From the IMG/VR virus record IMGVR_UViG_3300021171_000007, positions 15,612 through 79,611 of that record: a stretch of DNA of 64,000 nucleotides. One strand, written 5' to 3'. Positions 18,120-26,494 of this stretch are shown here, piece by piece. Numbering within the stretch: the stretch's first letter is position 1; the number at the start of each line of letters is the position of its first letter. The notes beneath the pieces were generated by a model, which saw only the letters and a program-made list of their open reading frames with translations, did no database searches and was not told where the DNA came from. The stretch is from a virus. The position numbers and the translations under genes are program-made.

Positions 18120-19151
18120 ATGTCATTGCTAATGTCACTAATACAAAACGGCTCAAATCAAGAAGATCCCAGGACAAATCTTCTTGAGTACACTGCTGGT
18201 ACCATCGCTAAGCATATTGATGCGCCAGCGCACTACCTGGTTGGATTAGCTCTATGGGCGCTACATACCCATGTGTATTCCACCTATAGCAAGACTCCAA
18301 GATTAGCTATCTTGAGCCCAGTTCCTAACTGTGGCAAGAGTACAGTTTTGGAGATACTAGCTGCAATGGCTTGGAATCCTAAACGAGTAATAGACCCAAC
18401 TGAAGCCGCTCTATTTCGTTTGGCAAGCAATCATACAATGCTGCTAGATGAAGTAGATAACATGTCAATATCAAGAGGCATGAAGTCTGTCTTAAATGAA
18501 GGAGACAGATTGGGTGGTAGTGTTATAAGAACTGGAAAGGACGGTGAAGTTATATCCTATCCAGTTTTTGCTCCTCTTGCACTTGCTGGTATTGGTAGGT
18601 TGCCAGCAACTCTTATGACTCGGTCAATAGTTATAAGACTCCATCGCTCAGATAAAGCAATGGATAGATTCTCAGCAAGAGAGCAGCACTTTGCACCACA
18701 TTTCTATAATTGGGGTGATCAGGTAGTTCTTAATTCTGATCCACAAATGCCGCCTCAGTTAGTAGGTCGTGACGCAGATAAATGGAGATCGCTCGTAGCT
18801 ATTGGAGACTCGTTTGGTCGAGGCGAGATAGCGAGAGAGGTGGCGCTCAAGTTCGTAACTGAGAGCGTTAATCCAGATGTCAAGGAGCTAATACTGCGTG
18901 ATACACAGAGAGTGTTCAATAGAGCTAAAGTCACTAAGATCTCTGTGAAGAGAATGTACGAGAAGCTTATTGAGGACAAAGAAGGTGAACACGAAGTAGA
19001 TTATGACGGCCAAAAAATAACAAAAAGAAAAGTTGGAGACACATTACGTGATTTCCAAATATACAGTCGTATCGAAAGGCCAGAAAAAGGCGAGCCAGTT
19101 AGGTATTGGCTCAGAGACGATTTTGAAGAAATGTGGAAAAGGTATGCCTAG
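18120..19151 (+). CDS. DUF3631-type P-loop ATPase/helicase-like replication protein
   Basis: PRLAILSPVPNCGKST, TEAALFR, LLDEVD, LALAGIG and TRSIVIRL; GAGGAG SD. Confidence 0.75.
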   Translation: MSLLMSLIQNGSNQEDPRTNLLEYTAGTIAKHIDAPAHYLVGLALWALHTHVYSTYSKTPRLAILSPVPNCGKSTVLEILAAMAWNPKRVIDPTEAALFRLASNHTMLLDEVDNMSISRGMKSVLNEGDRLGGSVIRTGKDGEVISYPVFAPLALAGIGRLPATLMTRSIVIRLHRSDKAMDRFSAREQHFAPHFYNWGDQVVLNSDPQMPPQLVGRDADKWRSLVAIGDSFGRGEIAREVALKFVTESVNPDVKELILRDTQRVFNRAKVTKISVKRMYEKLIEDKEGEHEVDYDGQKITKRKVGDTLRDFQIYSRIERPEKGEPVRYWLRDDFEEMWKRYA

Positions 19152-19153
19152 CA

Positions 19154-19180
19154 CTACGTAACTACGTTACAGCGTTACAG
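19154..19180. repeat. GTAAC/GTTAC repeats downstream of DUF3631 gene
   Basis: CTACGTAACTACGTTACAGCGTTACAG. Confidence 0.6.
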
Positions 19181-19366
19181 TGAGTCCCAATAAAGATGGG
19201 TGCGCCTCATTTTATCGAGTTATTTCAGCTTATGACAATCAATCGCCAATCAGTGAATGAATAATGGCTGAATTATGTAGTGAATTCAATATTTGAAGTT
19301 TCATGGGTCAGTGATTATCATGGTATTTTCTCTGTATGTTCCCTTTTTACCCCCTATTTGTTCCCC

Positions 19367-19395
19367 TTGCTTTCCTTCCGCGAACGTGCTACGGT
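19367..19395 (+). promoter_or_regulatory. Sigma70-type promoter of the ribozyme-containing early operon
   Basis: TTGCTT-17 nt (ending TGC)-TACGGT. Confidence 0.7.
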
Positions 19396-19399
19396 TCTT

Positions 19400-19640
19400 C
19401 TCCCGCAGAGGAAACTGCGGCGCAGCCTGAGACTTGGCGAAGAGCGAAATAAACCCGGCAAAATGACTCGCCGAGCGGTTAAGTAAGTGGTTAGGCAGTC
19501 TCTCCTCAAAGGGCAAAAAGCACCAGGGAGAAAAACCTGCCATTTGCGTCGTTTCGGCGGACGGAAATATCCGCCTGAAATAACAACACAGAGCACAGCG
19601 TTCTGAGAAGGATGCTGTGCTCGCTGGTGTTATTTCTAGC
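19400..19640 (+). ncRNA. Structured 5' leader RNA
   Basis: Stems 19403-08/19415-20, 19434-40/19468-74, and a 14-bp hairpin 19591-622 with GAGA loop extended by 19577-85/19628-36. Confidence 0.55.
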
Positions 19641-19650
19641 AAGGAAAAGT

Positions 19651-20034
19651 ATGATGTCTAGTAAAAAACGCGCATTGATAAGGCATATGAAAGCAAATCC
19701 CGTAGATAGTGTGAGATCTGCACATAAAAATATGAATATCACTCCTTTGCGTTTAACCTACAGGATTGATCCAAATAAAGAATTGAAAGAACGAGATGTA
19801 AAGCCTATGACGGAATTAGCAATTGATCAAAATTACGACATTTTGAAGAGAAAAGAGACATTTCTTGTAAGAACTGGTAAGAGAGTTATAAAATATGTGA
19901 AGAATAATCCGCCTGGAAAGCGGTATTATCCTCGATCTGAGTCAAAAATAGCAAGAGGTGATACATTAAACGGAAAGACTTTGAGTTACACTACGCTTTC
20001 TGATTACAATAGTAAGCGTAAAAATGAGGAGTAA
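19651..20034 (+). CDS. Basic hypothetical protein
   Basis: AAGGA SD before ATG 19651. Confidence 0.6.
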   Translation: MMSSKKRALIRHMKANPVDSVRSAHKNMNITPLRLTYRIDPNKELKERDVKPMTELAIDQNYDILKRKETFLVRTGKRVIKYVKNNPPGKRYYPRSESKIARGDTLNGKTLSYTTLSDYNSKRKNEE

Positions 20035-20203
20035 GCGTTATGACAGAGCGTAAACTTGTTGACAGGAGTATTTTCAGAAAACAACCAAAAATGCCACCAC
20101 TACAGCGATTGTTTGTCAGCGTAGCAACTGGACATGCCAATCGCAGCAAAAGACAAAAAGTCTCAGTTGCACCTATGCAATTCACCAAACAGGAGAAGCA
20201 AAA

Positions 20204-20596
20204 ATGAAAGTGTTCAATAAAGAAATGCATGACAATCTATTAGCTCTGGGATATGAGCATACTCGATATGTCTCCAAAAAATATCGAACCAGATTCGATA
20301 TGTATGATCACCCAGATAACGACGACTGGTTTGAGATAGACGAGAAAGGACATATTGATCCAGCTGATCTTTGCGGCTTTACGGAAGGATCTACCAGAGG
20401 GCACCAAATATATGAGGATTGGAAAGCAGCAGGGAAACAAGGTTTTCTGAACTTCAAAAATAAACCATTACCGACAGAATTGGTAATACACAGAATAGGG
20501 TGTGATATTAAGGATAGATTAGTCAAAAAGAACATGCCATTCGAGTTAGAACTCACGGAAGAAAAATTTCAACTGAAAAGGCTTACTGAGCATTAA
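20204..20596 (+). CDS. Hypothetical protein
   Basis: AGGAG SD; stop codon abuts ribozyme 1; N-terminus resembles the ORF ending at 30688 (LHTFLLKKGYRY...RYDRYDH). Confidence 0.7.
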   Translation: MKVFNKEMHDNLLALGYEHTRYVSKKYRTRFDMYDHPDNDDWFEIDEKGHIDPADLCGFTEGSTRGHQIYEDWKAAGKQGFLNFKNKPLPTELVIHRIGCDIKDRLVKKNMPFELELTEEKFQLKRLTEH

Positions 20597-20659
20597 GACC
20601 GAAACTGGGGCGCCACAAAAGCTCTCCAGTCCTAGCGTAAGGCGCTAGCTGACGAGGTC
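20597..20659 (+). ncRNA. Hammerhead ribozyme type II, copy 1 (cleavage after C20631)
   Basis: GACC-GAAA-CTGG..CCAG-TC-CTAGCG taagg CGCTAG-CTGACGA-GGTC. Confidence 0.93.
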
Positions 20660-20678
20660 AGTAACAGGAGTTGTACTA

Positions 20679-21095
20679 ATGAAACTAGATCTTAATATTC
20701 ACATAAACTCTTGGTTGCATCGTAATGACGATGTAATCGACCCTATTCTCATTCAATTGAAGGGGAATAGCGAACGGATGATTGTAGATACTTCTGAGTA
20801 TATTTTTATCAGTTTCGAGTATCCTCTTTCACAAGGACTCGATCTGCCGTTTAATGGCAAGAAGCCTTGGAGATTGTGCGATCTTATTGATGCGATCTGC
20901 CAGGGATATGTGAAGATTTACGACGAGGAAGATGAGACCAGAACGCTTCCTGCTCAGTCCCCATTAGATTCTGTTCTGGTTAATCGTCCTAAGACTGACG
21001 GCAAGCATGGCATTTGGGGACACGATCTCAATGACCTTTATATTGAAGGCGTACATAAAGAAGAAGGAATTTGGCATCTCGATATTGGATCATAA
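20679..21095 (+). CDS. Hypothetical protein
   Basis: AGGAG SD after ribozyme; GKHGIWGHDLNDLYIEG. Confidence 0.75.
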   Translation: MKLDLNIHINSWLHRNDDVIDPILIQLKGNSERMIVDTSEYIFISFEYPLSQGLDLPFNGKKPWRLCDLIDAICQGYVKIYDEEDETRTLPAQSPLDSVLVNRPKTDGKHGIWGHDLNDLYIEGVHKEEGIWHLDIGS

Positions 21096-21107
21096 TGGGA
21101 GGGAGCA

Positions 21108-21326
21108 ATGGGATATAGAATGAGGCGTTGTGACAAATGTAAGGATTTGATAAACGGAAATGATGTTGCATTCAATATACATTTTAAATGGTGCGGACAT
21201 AATACTGGACTAAACTATATGAGTGAGAAAGATCTTAAAGTGCTGGAAGCTAAATTGGCGCAACCAAGGAAAGATTCACCAGAAGCGGCTTGGAATAAAA
21301 TGCACAATTGGTCAGGAAAACAGTAG
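21108..21326 (+). CDS. Small Zn-finger-like protein
   Basis: CDKC...HFKWC; TAG overlaps ribozyme 2. Confidence 0.65.
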   Translation: MGYRMRRCDKCKDLINGNDVAFNIHFKWCGHNTGLNYMSEKDLKVLEAKLAQPRKDSPEAAWNKMHNWSGKQ

Positions 21327-21386
21327 ACCGAAACTGGAGTGCCACAAGCTCTCCAGTCGCAGCGTTCCTCGCTGCCTGACGAGGTC
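21326..21386 (+). ncRNA. Hammerhead ribozyme type II, copy 2 (cleavage after C21358)
   Basis: GACC-GAAA-CTGGAG..CTCCAG-TC-GCAGCG ttcct CGCTGC-CTGACGA-GGTC. Confidence 0.95.
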
Positions 21387-21404
21387 AGTAATAGGAGAAT
21401 GAAA

Positions 21405-21629
21405 ATGGCACGAGTAATTGTTCAAATTAAAACTGTCACATATTTAAATGGAGCTACTACTGAAATCGAAGATGAGTTACTTCGTGAATTTACAGTAGTA
21501 ACAAAAGGTCGTGGTGCAGTGAACATGCATTCAATGGCATCAATTATACAAGGTACGATCGAATCTGCTGAGGAAAGATTTAGGGTTGAAAAGACCAAAA
21601 CATATTCAACAAATCGTAATATTGGTTAA
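21405..21629 (+). CDS. Hypothetical protein
   Basis: AGGAG at 21393-97; start 21405 (or 21399). Confidence 0.65.
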   Translation: MARVIVQIKTVTYLNGATTEIEDELLREFTVVTKGRGAVNMHSMASIIQGTIESAEERFRVEKTKTYSTNRNIG

Positions 21630-21632
21630 TTA

Positions 21633-21691
21633 GACCGAAACTGGCAGGTGCGATCTGCCAGTCGCAGCGTTTCTCGCTGCCTGACGAGGTC
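21633..21691 (+). ncRNA. Hammerhead ribozyme type II, copy 3 (cleavage after C21663)
   Basis: GACC-GAAA-CTGGCAG..CTGCCAG-TC-GCAGCG tttct CGCTGC-CTGACGA-GGTC. Confidence 0.95.
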
Positions 21692-21710
21692 AGTAACCAG
21701 GAGAACTAAA

Positions 21711-21992
21711 ATGAAACTTCCTCCAATAGAAGATGTTAAACTTACTGTCATAGGGCCGGATGATCCGCTTCCAGCGGGCTTCGAGCCCATCACCATTGTC
21801 GTCAAGGACGTATCATGTCCAAAATGCGGTGCTGGAGAGATGCACCCGGATGGCAAGCATGTCCTAATTCGTGGATTCAAAGTCTGCGATGCAAAAGGAC
21901 ATTGGTGGAGTCAATGTCTTGTCTGTGCCGGTGGGTACGACGCAGATTTGAACCCCGTTAAGGAGTTTGATCGCAACAAGGGATGGTTCTAA
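21711..21992 (+). CDS. Zn-ribbon protein
   Basis: CPKC...CLVC; AGGAG SD. Confidence 0.7.
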   Translation: MKLPPIEDVKLTVIGPDDPLPAGFEPITIVVKDVSCPKCGAGEMHPDGKHVLIRGFKVCDAKGHWWSQCLVCAGGYDADLNPVKEFDRNKGWF

Positions 21993-22231
21993 TGCCAACC
22001 ATAACAGTTGAACTCGAAGTAGCAATGGCTCAAGAGCTTGCCTCAGTAGCGCGTGGCAAAGCTAAGGGCATCGACTGGGTTCTGGAGAATAAACCTCCAG
22101 TTCCCAAGAAGGCGTTGGAGCTTGACGAGCGAGCCAAAATTCTCGTTCAAGCTGCCACACTAATCGAGACTGCTCTTCACCAAAGAGCACTCGGCAACGT
22201 CGTAAAGATGGGAGATAAAAATGTCCGATAA
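21983..22231 (+). CDS. Hypothetical protein
   Basis: Coupled ORF; true start may be ATG 21992. Confidence 0.6.
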   Translation: MVLMPTITVELEVAMAQELASVARGKAKGIDWVLENKPPVPKKALELDERAKILVQAATLIETALHQRALGNVVKMGDKNVR

Positions 22232-22520
22232 GGACCCATGGATCGTCTGCCCCGTGTGTGATGGGGAAGGCAAGACAGTCAATCCTAATATTGATGCGAA
22301 CGGATTGACTCGCGAAGACTTCGATGAAGACCCAGACTTCAGAGAAGATTATATGAGCGGCATGTATGATATTACGTGCGCCGCTTGTTCTGGGAAGCGC
22401 GTTGTGAAACAAGCACGCATCACGGAATTAGAGCAGAATGCTGAAGATCGTCGGCTTGCTGCTCGTGAAAACGGCGACTATGAATCATACAGTGTCGCAG
22501 GCGATTGGAGATACGGATGA
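22221..22520 (+). CDS. DnaJ-type Zn-finger protein
   Basis: CPVCDGEG...CAACSGKR. Confidence 0.7.
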   Translation: MSDKDPWIVCPVCDGEGKTVNPNIDANGLTREDFDEDPDFREDYMSGMYDITCAACSGKRVVKQARITELEQNAEDRRLAARENGDYESYSVAGDWRYG

Positions 22521-22759
22521 AACTGGATAAACAACGCGAAAACCGAGCCAAGTACCCTTTCATTTGTGCTTGGGGCGCTAGACTTGGTTCTTTTCAATAT
22601 TACATCGACGGTGAAGTTGCAAGAGCCATCGAAGATGGCGCTCCTGACCGTGCCATTTATAAGAGTGGCGACGGCAAGTGGCGCACCATCGATGACTGCC
22701 AAAACGAAATGGCCAAAGAAGAATGTATAGCTTGGGTGGCCAAAAACTTTAAGAAATAG
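22505..22759 (+). CDS. Hypothetical protein
   Basis: TAG overlaps ribozyme 4; true start probably ATG 22517. Confidence 0.65.
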   Translation: MEIRMKLDKQRENRAKYPFICAWGARLGSFQYYIDGEVARAIEDGAPDRAIYKSGDGKWRTIDDCQNEMAKEECIAWVAKNFKK

Positions 22760-22817
22760 ACCGAAACTGGTAGGTGCGATCTACCAGTCACAGCGTAAGG
22801 CGCTGTCTGACGAGGTC
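22759..22817 (+). ncRNA. Hammerhead ribozyme type II, copy 4 (cleavage after C22789)
   Basis: GACC-GAAA-CTGGTAG..CTACCAG-TC-ACAGCG taagg CGCTGT-CTGACGA-GGTC. Confidence 0.95.
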
Positions 22818-22835
22818 AGTAATAGGAGTTGTATA

Positions 22836-23330
22836 ATGAAACAGGTTTCTGATTACTACAAGAAGTTCCTTCATAACGACGGAATTTCCAAAGAAATGTA
22901 TAATGAAAACATCGAGCTTATTTACGATGTTGACGCAGAAATGTGGTATGCTTTTAATTACATATCACCAACGCATTACTACGAAGAATTTGAAGATCTC
23001 ATCGACGCGCTCGATTCAAATTCTGTTCTTTGGTGGCACGACTTGTCCGGCGACAATGATAAAGTTACGGACAGGAAGCAGATATTGGTAATTAAATTCC
23101 TCGATGACGAGGAAGACGAATGGACCATGTTCTACCATCACGGTATAATGGACGGCAAAGATGTAACAACATCTTGGGCTGCTCCATCTTCAGGAGAATT
23201 TCCTACTCCTGAATGCATTGTACGTCAGAAAGTATCTGTGGTGCAATGTGCTGTTGATGCCGCACAATTTATTTTTGATCAACCACATATAAATAAGCCA
23301 CGTAATCCATCACTTCGTTACGTCAAATAG
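22836..23330 (+). CDS. Acidic hypothetical protein
   Basis: Single gene bracketed by ribozymes 4 and 5; D/E- and aromatic-rich. Confidence 0.75.
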   Translation: MKQVSDYYKKFLHNDGISKEMYNENIELIYDVDAEMWYAFNYISPTHYYEEFEDLIDALDSNSVLWWHDLSGDNDKVTDRKQILVIKFLDDEEDEWTMFYHHGIMDGKDVTTSWAAPSSGEFPTPECIVRQKVSVVQCAVDAAQFIFDQPHINKPRNPSLRYVK

Positions 23331-23396
23331 ATCGAAACTATGGGGCGCCACAGGAGCGTTCCATAGTCGCAGCGTAACTCGCTGCCTGACGAGATC
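23330..23396 (+). ncRNA. Hammerhead ribozyme type II, copy 5 (cleavage after C23368)
   Basis: GATC-GAAA-CTATGG..CCATAG-TC-GCAGCG taact CGCTGC-CTGACGA-GATC; compensatory change in stem II. Confidence 0.95.
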
Positions 23397-23414
23397 AGAA
23401 AAGGAGTAGGTAGC

Positions 23415-23624
23415 ATGACGAAAGTAGATCCAAAATCTGCCTTTGAAGGGGACACCATTACTCCCGTTGAGAAGCCTAAGTCAAGGGCGCAGAAGGTTGC
23501 TGAGTACAGAGTAGCTCATCGAGCAGAGTACGAGCGAACTTGCCATGATGCACAATGCACTTGCACGCCAACTCGCGCGCAGATGTTGATTATGGATAAC
23601 TACCAAAGCCCACCAATCGACTAA
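23415..23624 (+). CDS. Hypothetical protein
   Basis: AGGAG SD after ribozyme 5. Confidence 0.65.
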   Translation: MTKVDPKSAFEGDTITPVEKPKSRAQKVAEYRVAHRAEYERTCHDAQCTCTPTRAQMLIMDNYQSPPID

Positions 23625-23861
23625 TTATAAACCTTACCATTGAACTTTGGAGCGCAGCAATGCGCTCCACTTTTAGGCAATTTTGCCACTACCAGGATAA
23701 GTAAAATGTCAAGAATAAAATCAGCTTTACGAGGTGTTGTCATAGTACCGGCTTGGGTCGTTATGCTGGCAACAGCCAGTTTTATCGTCGGAACTGGTAT
23801 CTGGACTACACTGCTGATGAGCCGCTGTTCGATCTAACCAACCTAAACCAGGAGAATAAAA

Positions 23862-24179
23862 ATGACACCTCAAGAGAGCAGGAAGAATTGGCTCGATAAG
23901 CAGCCAGTGCGCGAGAATCTTACTACTGAGCACGGATGGCCGATGCGAAATGATCATATTCTGCATCTGTTCGGTTTGCCATCAAATCATCCTATTCCGC
24001 CGGATTATGAAGATATCAAACTAATCGGTAATGTTTGGGTTCGGATTTATCCACGCGGACAGGCGCACATTGGTAGACGTGTTGTGGCAGAATGTCCAAA
24101 ATGTGAAAGATTGGTTTGTGCTGGCCATTTAATGCAACATATGAAGGTACATAATGATCGAGGAGCAAGCAAAATTTGA
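23862..24179 (+). CDS. C2H2 Zn-finger protein
   Basis: CPKC...HLMQHMKVH. Confidence 0.65.
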   Translation: MTPQESRKNWLDKQPVRENLTTEHGWPMRNDHILHLFGLPSNHPIPPDYEDIKLIGNVWVRIYPRGQAHIGRRVVAECPKCERLVCAGHLMQHMKVHNDRGASKI

Positions 24180-24337
24180 GAGATGGAAGTCCAGAGTAGA
24201 CGTTTACCTGGAGCAGATGGTAAAGAAACTAAGTGGAGATTTTAAATATGATTATCTCCACGACTTCCAAAATAAGGTTCCACCCAGCATAACAGCTACT
24301 CGCGTTGTAAAACGCCAGTACAGAAATGGAGTAGAAA

Positions 24338-24586
24338 ATGGTAGCAACAGCATACGGAGTCAAGGCAAATGGCAAAAAACTCCTCGATGAATATCGAGGA
24401 GACCGCATATATGGAGATTGTTTCATCATTCTTAAGGATGGAAAGGAAACATATGAGGTTGTTCTTTCCACTATCGGTGATATGTGCAATTGCAAAGCTG
24501 GCGAACATGGTCATCAATGCAAACATGTTAAGATGGCACTAGAATATCATCACAAAATTAACGAAGCGATTGAGGCAGTCAAATAG
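24338..24586 (+). CDS. SWIM Zn-finger protein
   Basis: CNC...CKH; TAG overlaps ribozyme 6. Confidence 0.7.
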   Translation: MVATAYGVKANGKKLLDEYRGDRIYGDCFIILKDGKETYEVVLSTIGDMCNCKAGEHGHQCKHVKMALEYHHKINEAIEAVK

Positions 24587-24649
24587 ACCGAAACTTGGGG
24601 CGCCACAAGGCGTTCCAAGTCGTGCTGTAAGGCAGCACCTGACGAGGTC
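24586..24649 (+). ncRNA. Hammerhead ribozyme type II, copy 6 (cleavage after C24621)
   Basis: GACC-GAAA-CTTGG..CCAAG-TC-GTGCTG taagg CAGCAC-CTGACGA-GGTC. Confidence 0.95.
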
Positions 24650-24673
24650 AGAAATGCCAAGGAGGTAGCACGT

Positions 24674-24808
24674 ATGGGTGACCCAGAAGAGCATAAAGAC
24701 GAAGAGTTGAGCCTTGAGAAAGAGACTCAAAAAGAGCCCAAAGAAGAGGCAAAAGAGCCAGTAAAAGAAGGTGATCCTCAACCAGAGGAAGATCCCAAAG
24801 TAGCGTAA
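24674..24808 (+). CDS. Very small E/K/P-rich protein
   Basis: AAGGAGG SD; MGDPEEHKDEELSLEK...; below the ORF-track cutoff. Confidence 0.55.
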   Translation: MGDPEEHKDEELSLEKETQKEPKEEAKEPVKEGDPQPEEDPKVA

Positions 24809-24824
24809 ATATAACGTCAACTTT

Positions 24825-24857
24825 CCGCTCCCATTTGGGAGGGTGGGAGCGGTTTTT
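24825..24857 (+). terminator. Intrinsic terminator closing the ribozyme operon
   Basis: CCGCTCCCAT..GTGGGAGCGG-TTTTT. Confidence 0.7.
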
Positions 24858-25249
24858 AGCTAGGGATGGAAAATGAAAAACATAAAAGAAATCACGTCTA
24901 TGAAAGAGTTTGCTATCATTAGACGTGCTTTGGAATTATATGTTGCTACTCTAAGTGAAGAGTATGACAACAAACCAATGCGTGCCAAACTTATAAAACT
25001 TGAAGAGGCGCAAGCCTGTTTGAGAGATTTCAACAAACTAGGAGAACAAAATGGCAAATCTAAAGAGTTACCCACCACTAAAACCTTGCCATTGCGGCAG
25101 CGGTATGGAAAGAGAAGCGAGATATGATGCTCGCGGTATTTTTCTCACGTATGTATGTGAGAAATGTGAGAAAGAAAAGTTATCACATTATCGACCAGAC
25201 GTTCTTACTGATTCAAATTATTGGCACGACGAGCCAATTGACGATTAAG

Positions 25250-25445
25250 ACGCGGTAAACAGCGTTAATGCCCAACACACGATTGGCAGCGTAATGGGCA
25301 GACTTGCCATCTAAACCAACCCCCGTAAGATGGCTTTTTATTAATTTAGCGAATCACCTGGTTTTGCTTCAACTGCCCCCCAGTTGCTAAAAGCCAGGTG
25401 TAGACTTGCCGCCCACAGTCCCACAACTGTGGGCGGTCTTTTAGG
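25250..25445 (+). ncRNA. Cluster of intergenic hairpins with C-rich loops
   Basis: TGCCCA/TGGGCA, GCCATCT/AGATGGC-T5, CACCTGG..CCAGGTG and CCGCCCACAGT/ACTGTGGGCGG. Confidence 0.5.
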
Positions 25446-25477
25446 CAATTTAGCCAACAACCAGGATTTAAAATGTC

Positions 25478-26491
25478 ATGTACCTTATGGACAGCATCGT
25501 AGAAACAGTTCATGAAGCTAAGAAACGAAAATTGATACAACATCCTGTCATACAAATCTTCCCAATACTAGAAGAGAAATTGAAAGGATGTCCTCGGTTC
25601 TTGTTTGACGATACTGCGATCAGAACGGCTGTGGAGCTTACTCTGGGGCGCCCCAAGGTGCTTAGGGAAGCCATGGCACACCTTACCATTCCATATCCTA
25701 AGATATGGGTAGAATGGCCAGAAGCAGGAAGAGAAAAATTGAGACAGACGTTCTCAATAGACTCTTACGAGTATCCTAATCGACCACTACCAACTCGTCT
25801 TGGCTTTCTGCTAGAGACAGATGAGTCTGGTAGGAAAGGTCAGGTAACTTGGGTTTGGAGTAATCATTTCATTAAGAAAGGTGAACCTCCGAATGTTGGT
25901 CCAATATCTGCGTTCTTCGATTTGGATTTCAACTACAGCAAGTTGGTAAGTCCGACTTTTGTCAATAGTTTCTTGGATGCTAACTTAGCGCATATTTGGA
26001 AGGACAACAAAATCCAATTGGAGGCGCTCCTTAGCATCTGGGACACAGCTTACCATCAACCGTCCGAATGGGGTGCAAGATTTCTGAGAATTCCTTCTCC
26101 AGATTCTCCGTATGGAAGCGTAGATTCTCGCGTAGCCAATTTCTATGCGGACGTTTATGGCGAATACATTATGGTTTGGTCATGCTTGTTATTGTTGACA
26201 TCTTCCAGAAAGATAGTTGAATTGGAAGAAGTTGATATGTCTCAACTAAATAAAATACGCAGAAGAATGGATAAACCTCAAAGGTTAGACCATACCACAG
26301 TTAGTCTCTATATCAATAGAGATAATGTGATACACAAACAAGGTGTACCACTAGGATTTGAACGAAAGAGTCCGCGTATCCATATGGTTGGGTCATATCT
26401 TAATAGACGTGGCGATAAACATTGGATAGTCCAGCCTTTCTGGCGCGGCGAAGGTGAGGTTATCAGTCGTCATGTAAAAGTGAAAGGATAG
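25478..26491 (+). CDS. Hypothetical phage protein
   Basis: 337 aa; C-terminal RKSPRIHMV...PFWRG. Confidence 0.75.
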   Translation: MYLMDSIVETVHEAKKRKLIQHPVIQIFPILEEKLKGCPRFLFDDTAIRTAVELTLGRPKVLREAMAHLTIPYPKIWVEWPEAGREKLRQTFSIDSYEYPNRPLPTRLGFLLETDESGRKGQVTWVWSNHFIKKGEPPNVGPISAFFDLDFNYSKLVSPTFVNSFLDANLAHIWKDNKIQLEALLSIWDTAYHQPSEWGARFLRIPSPDSPYGSVDSRVANFYADVYGEYIMVWSCLLLLTSSRKIVELEEVDMSQLNKIRRRMDKPQRLDHTTVSLYINRDNVIHKQGVPLGFERKSPRIHMVGSYLNRRGDKHWIVQPFWRGEGEVISRHVKVKG

Positions 26492-26494
26492 AAA

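Noticed and set aside
21339-21710. Upstream starts in the ORF track (21339, 21648; likewise 13343, 19612, 48973, 51443)
   Set aside because: They run through ribozymes or promoters; downstream ATGs have proper SDs.
20597-24649. CRISPR array or attC-type repeats
   Set aside because: Units are about 60 nt, separated by whole genes, and conserve hammerhead core and pairing rather than sequence; no cas or integrase genes.
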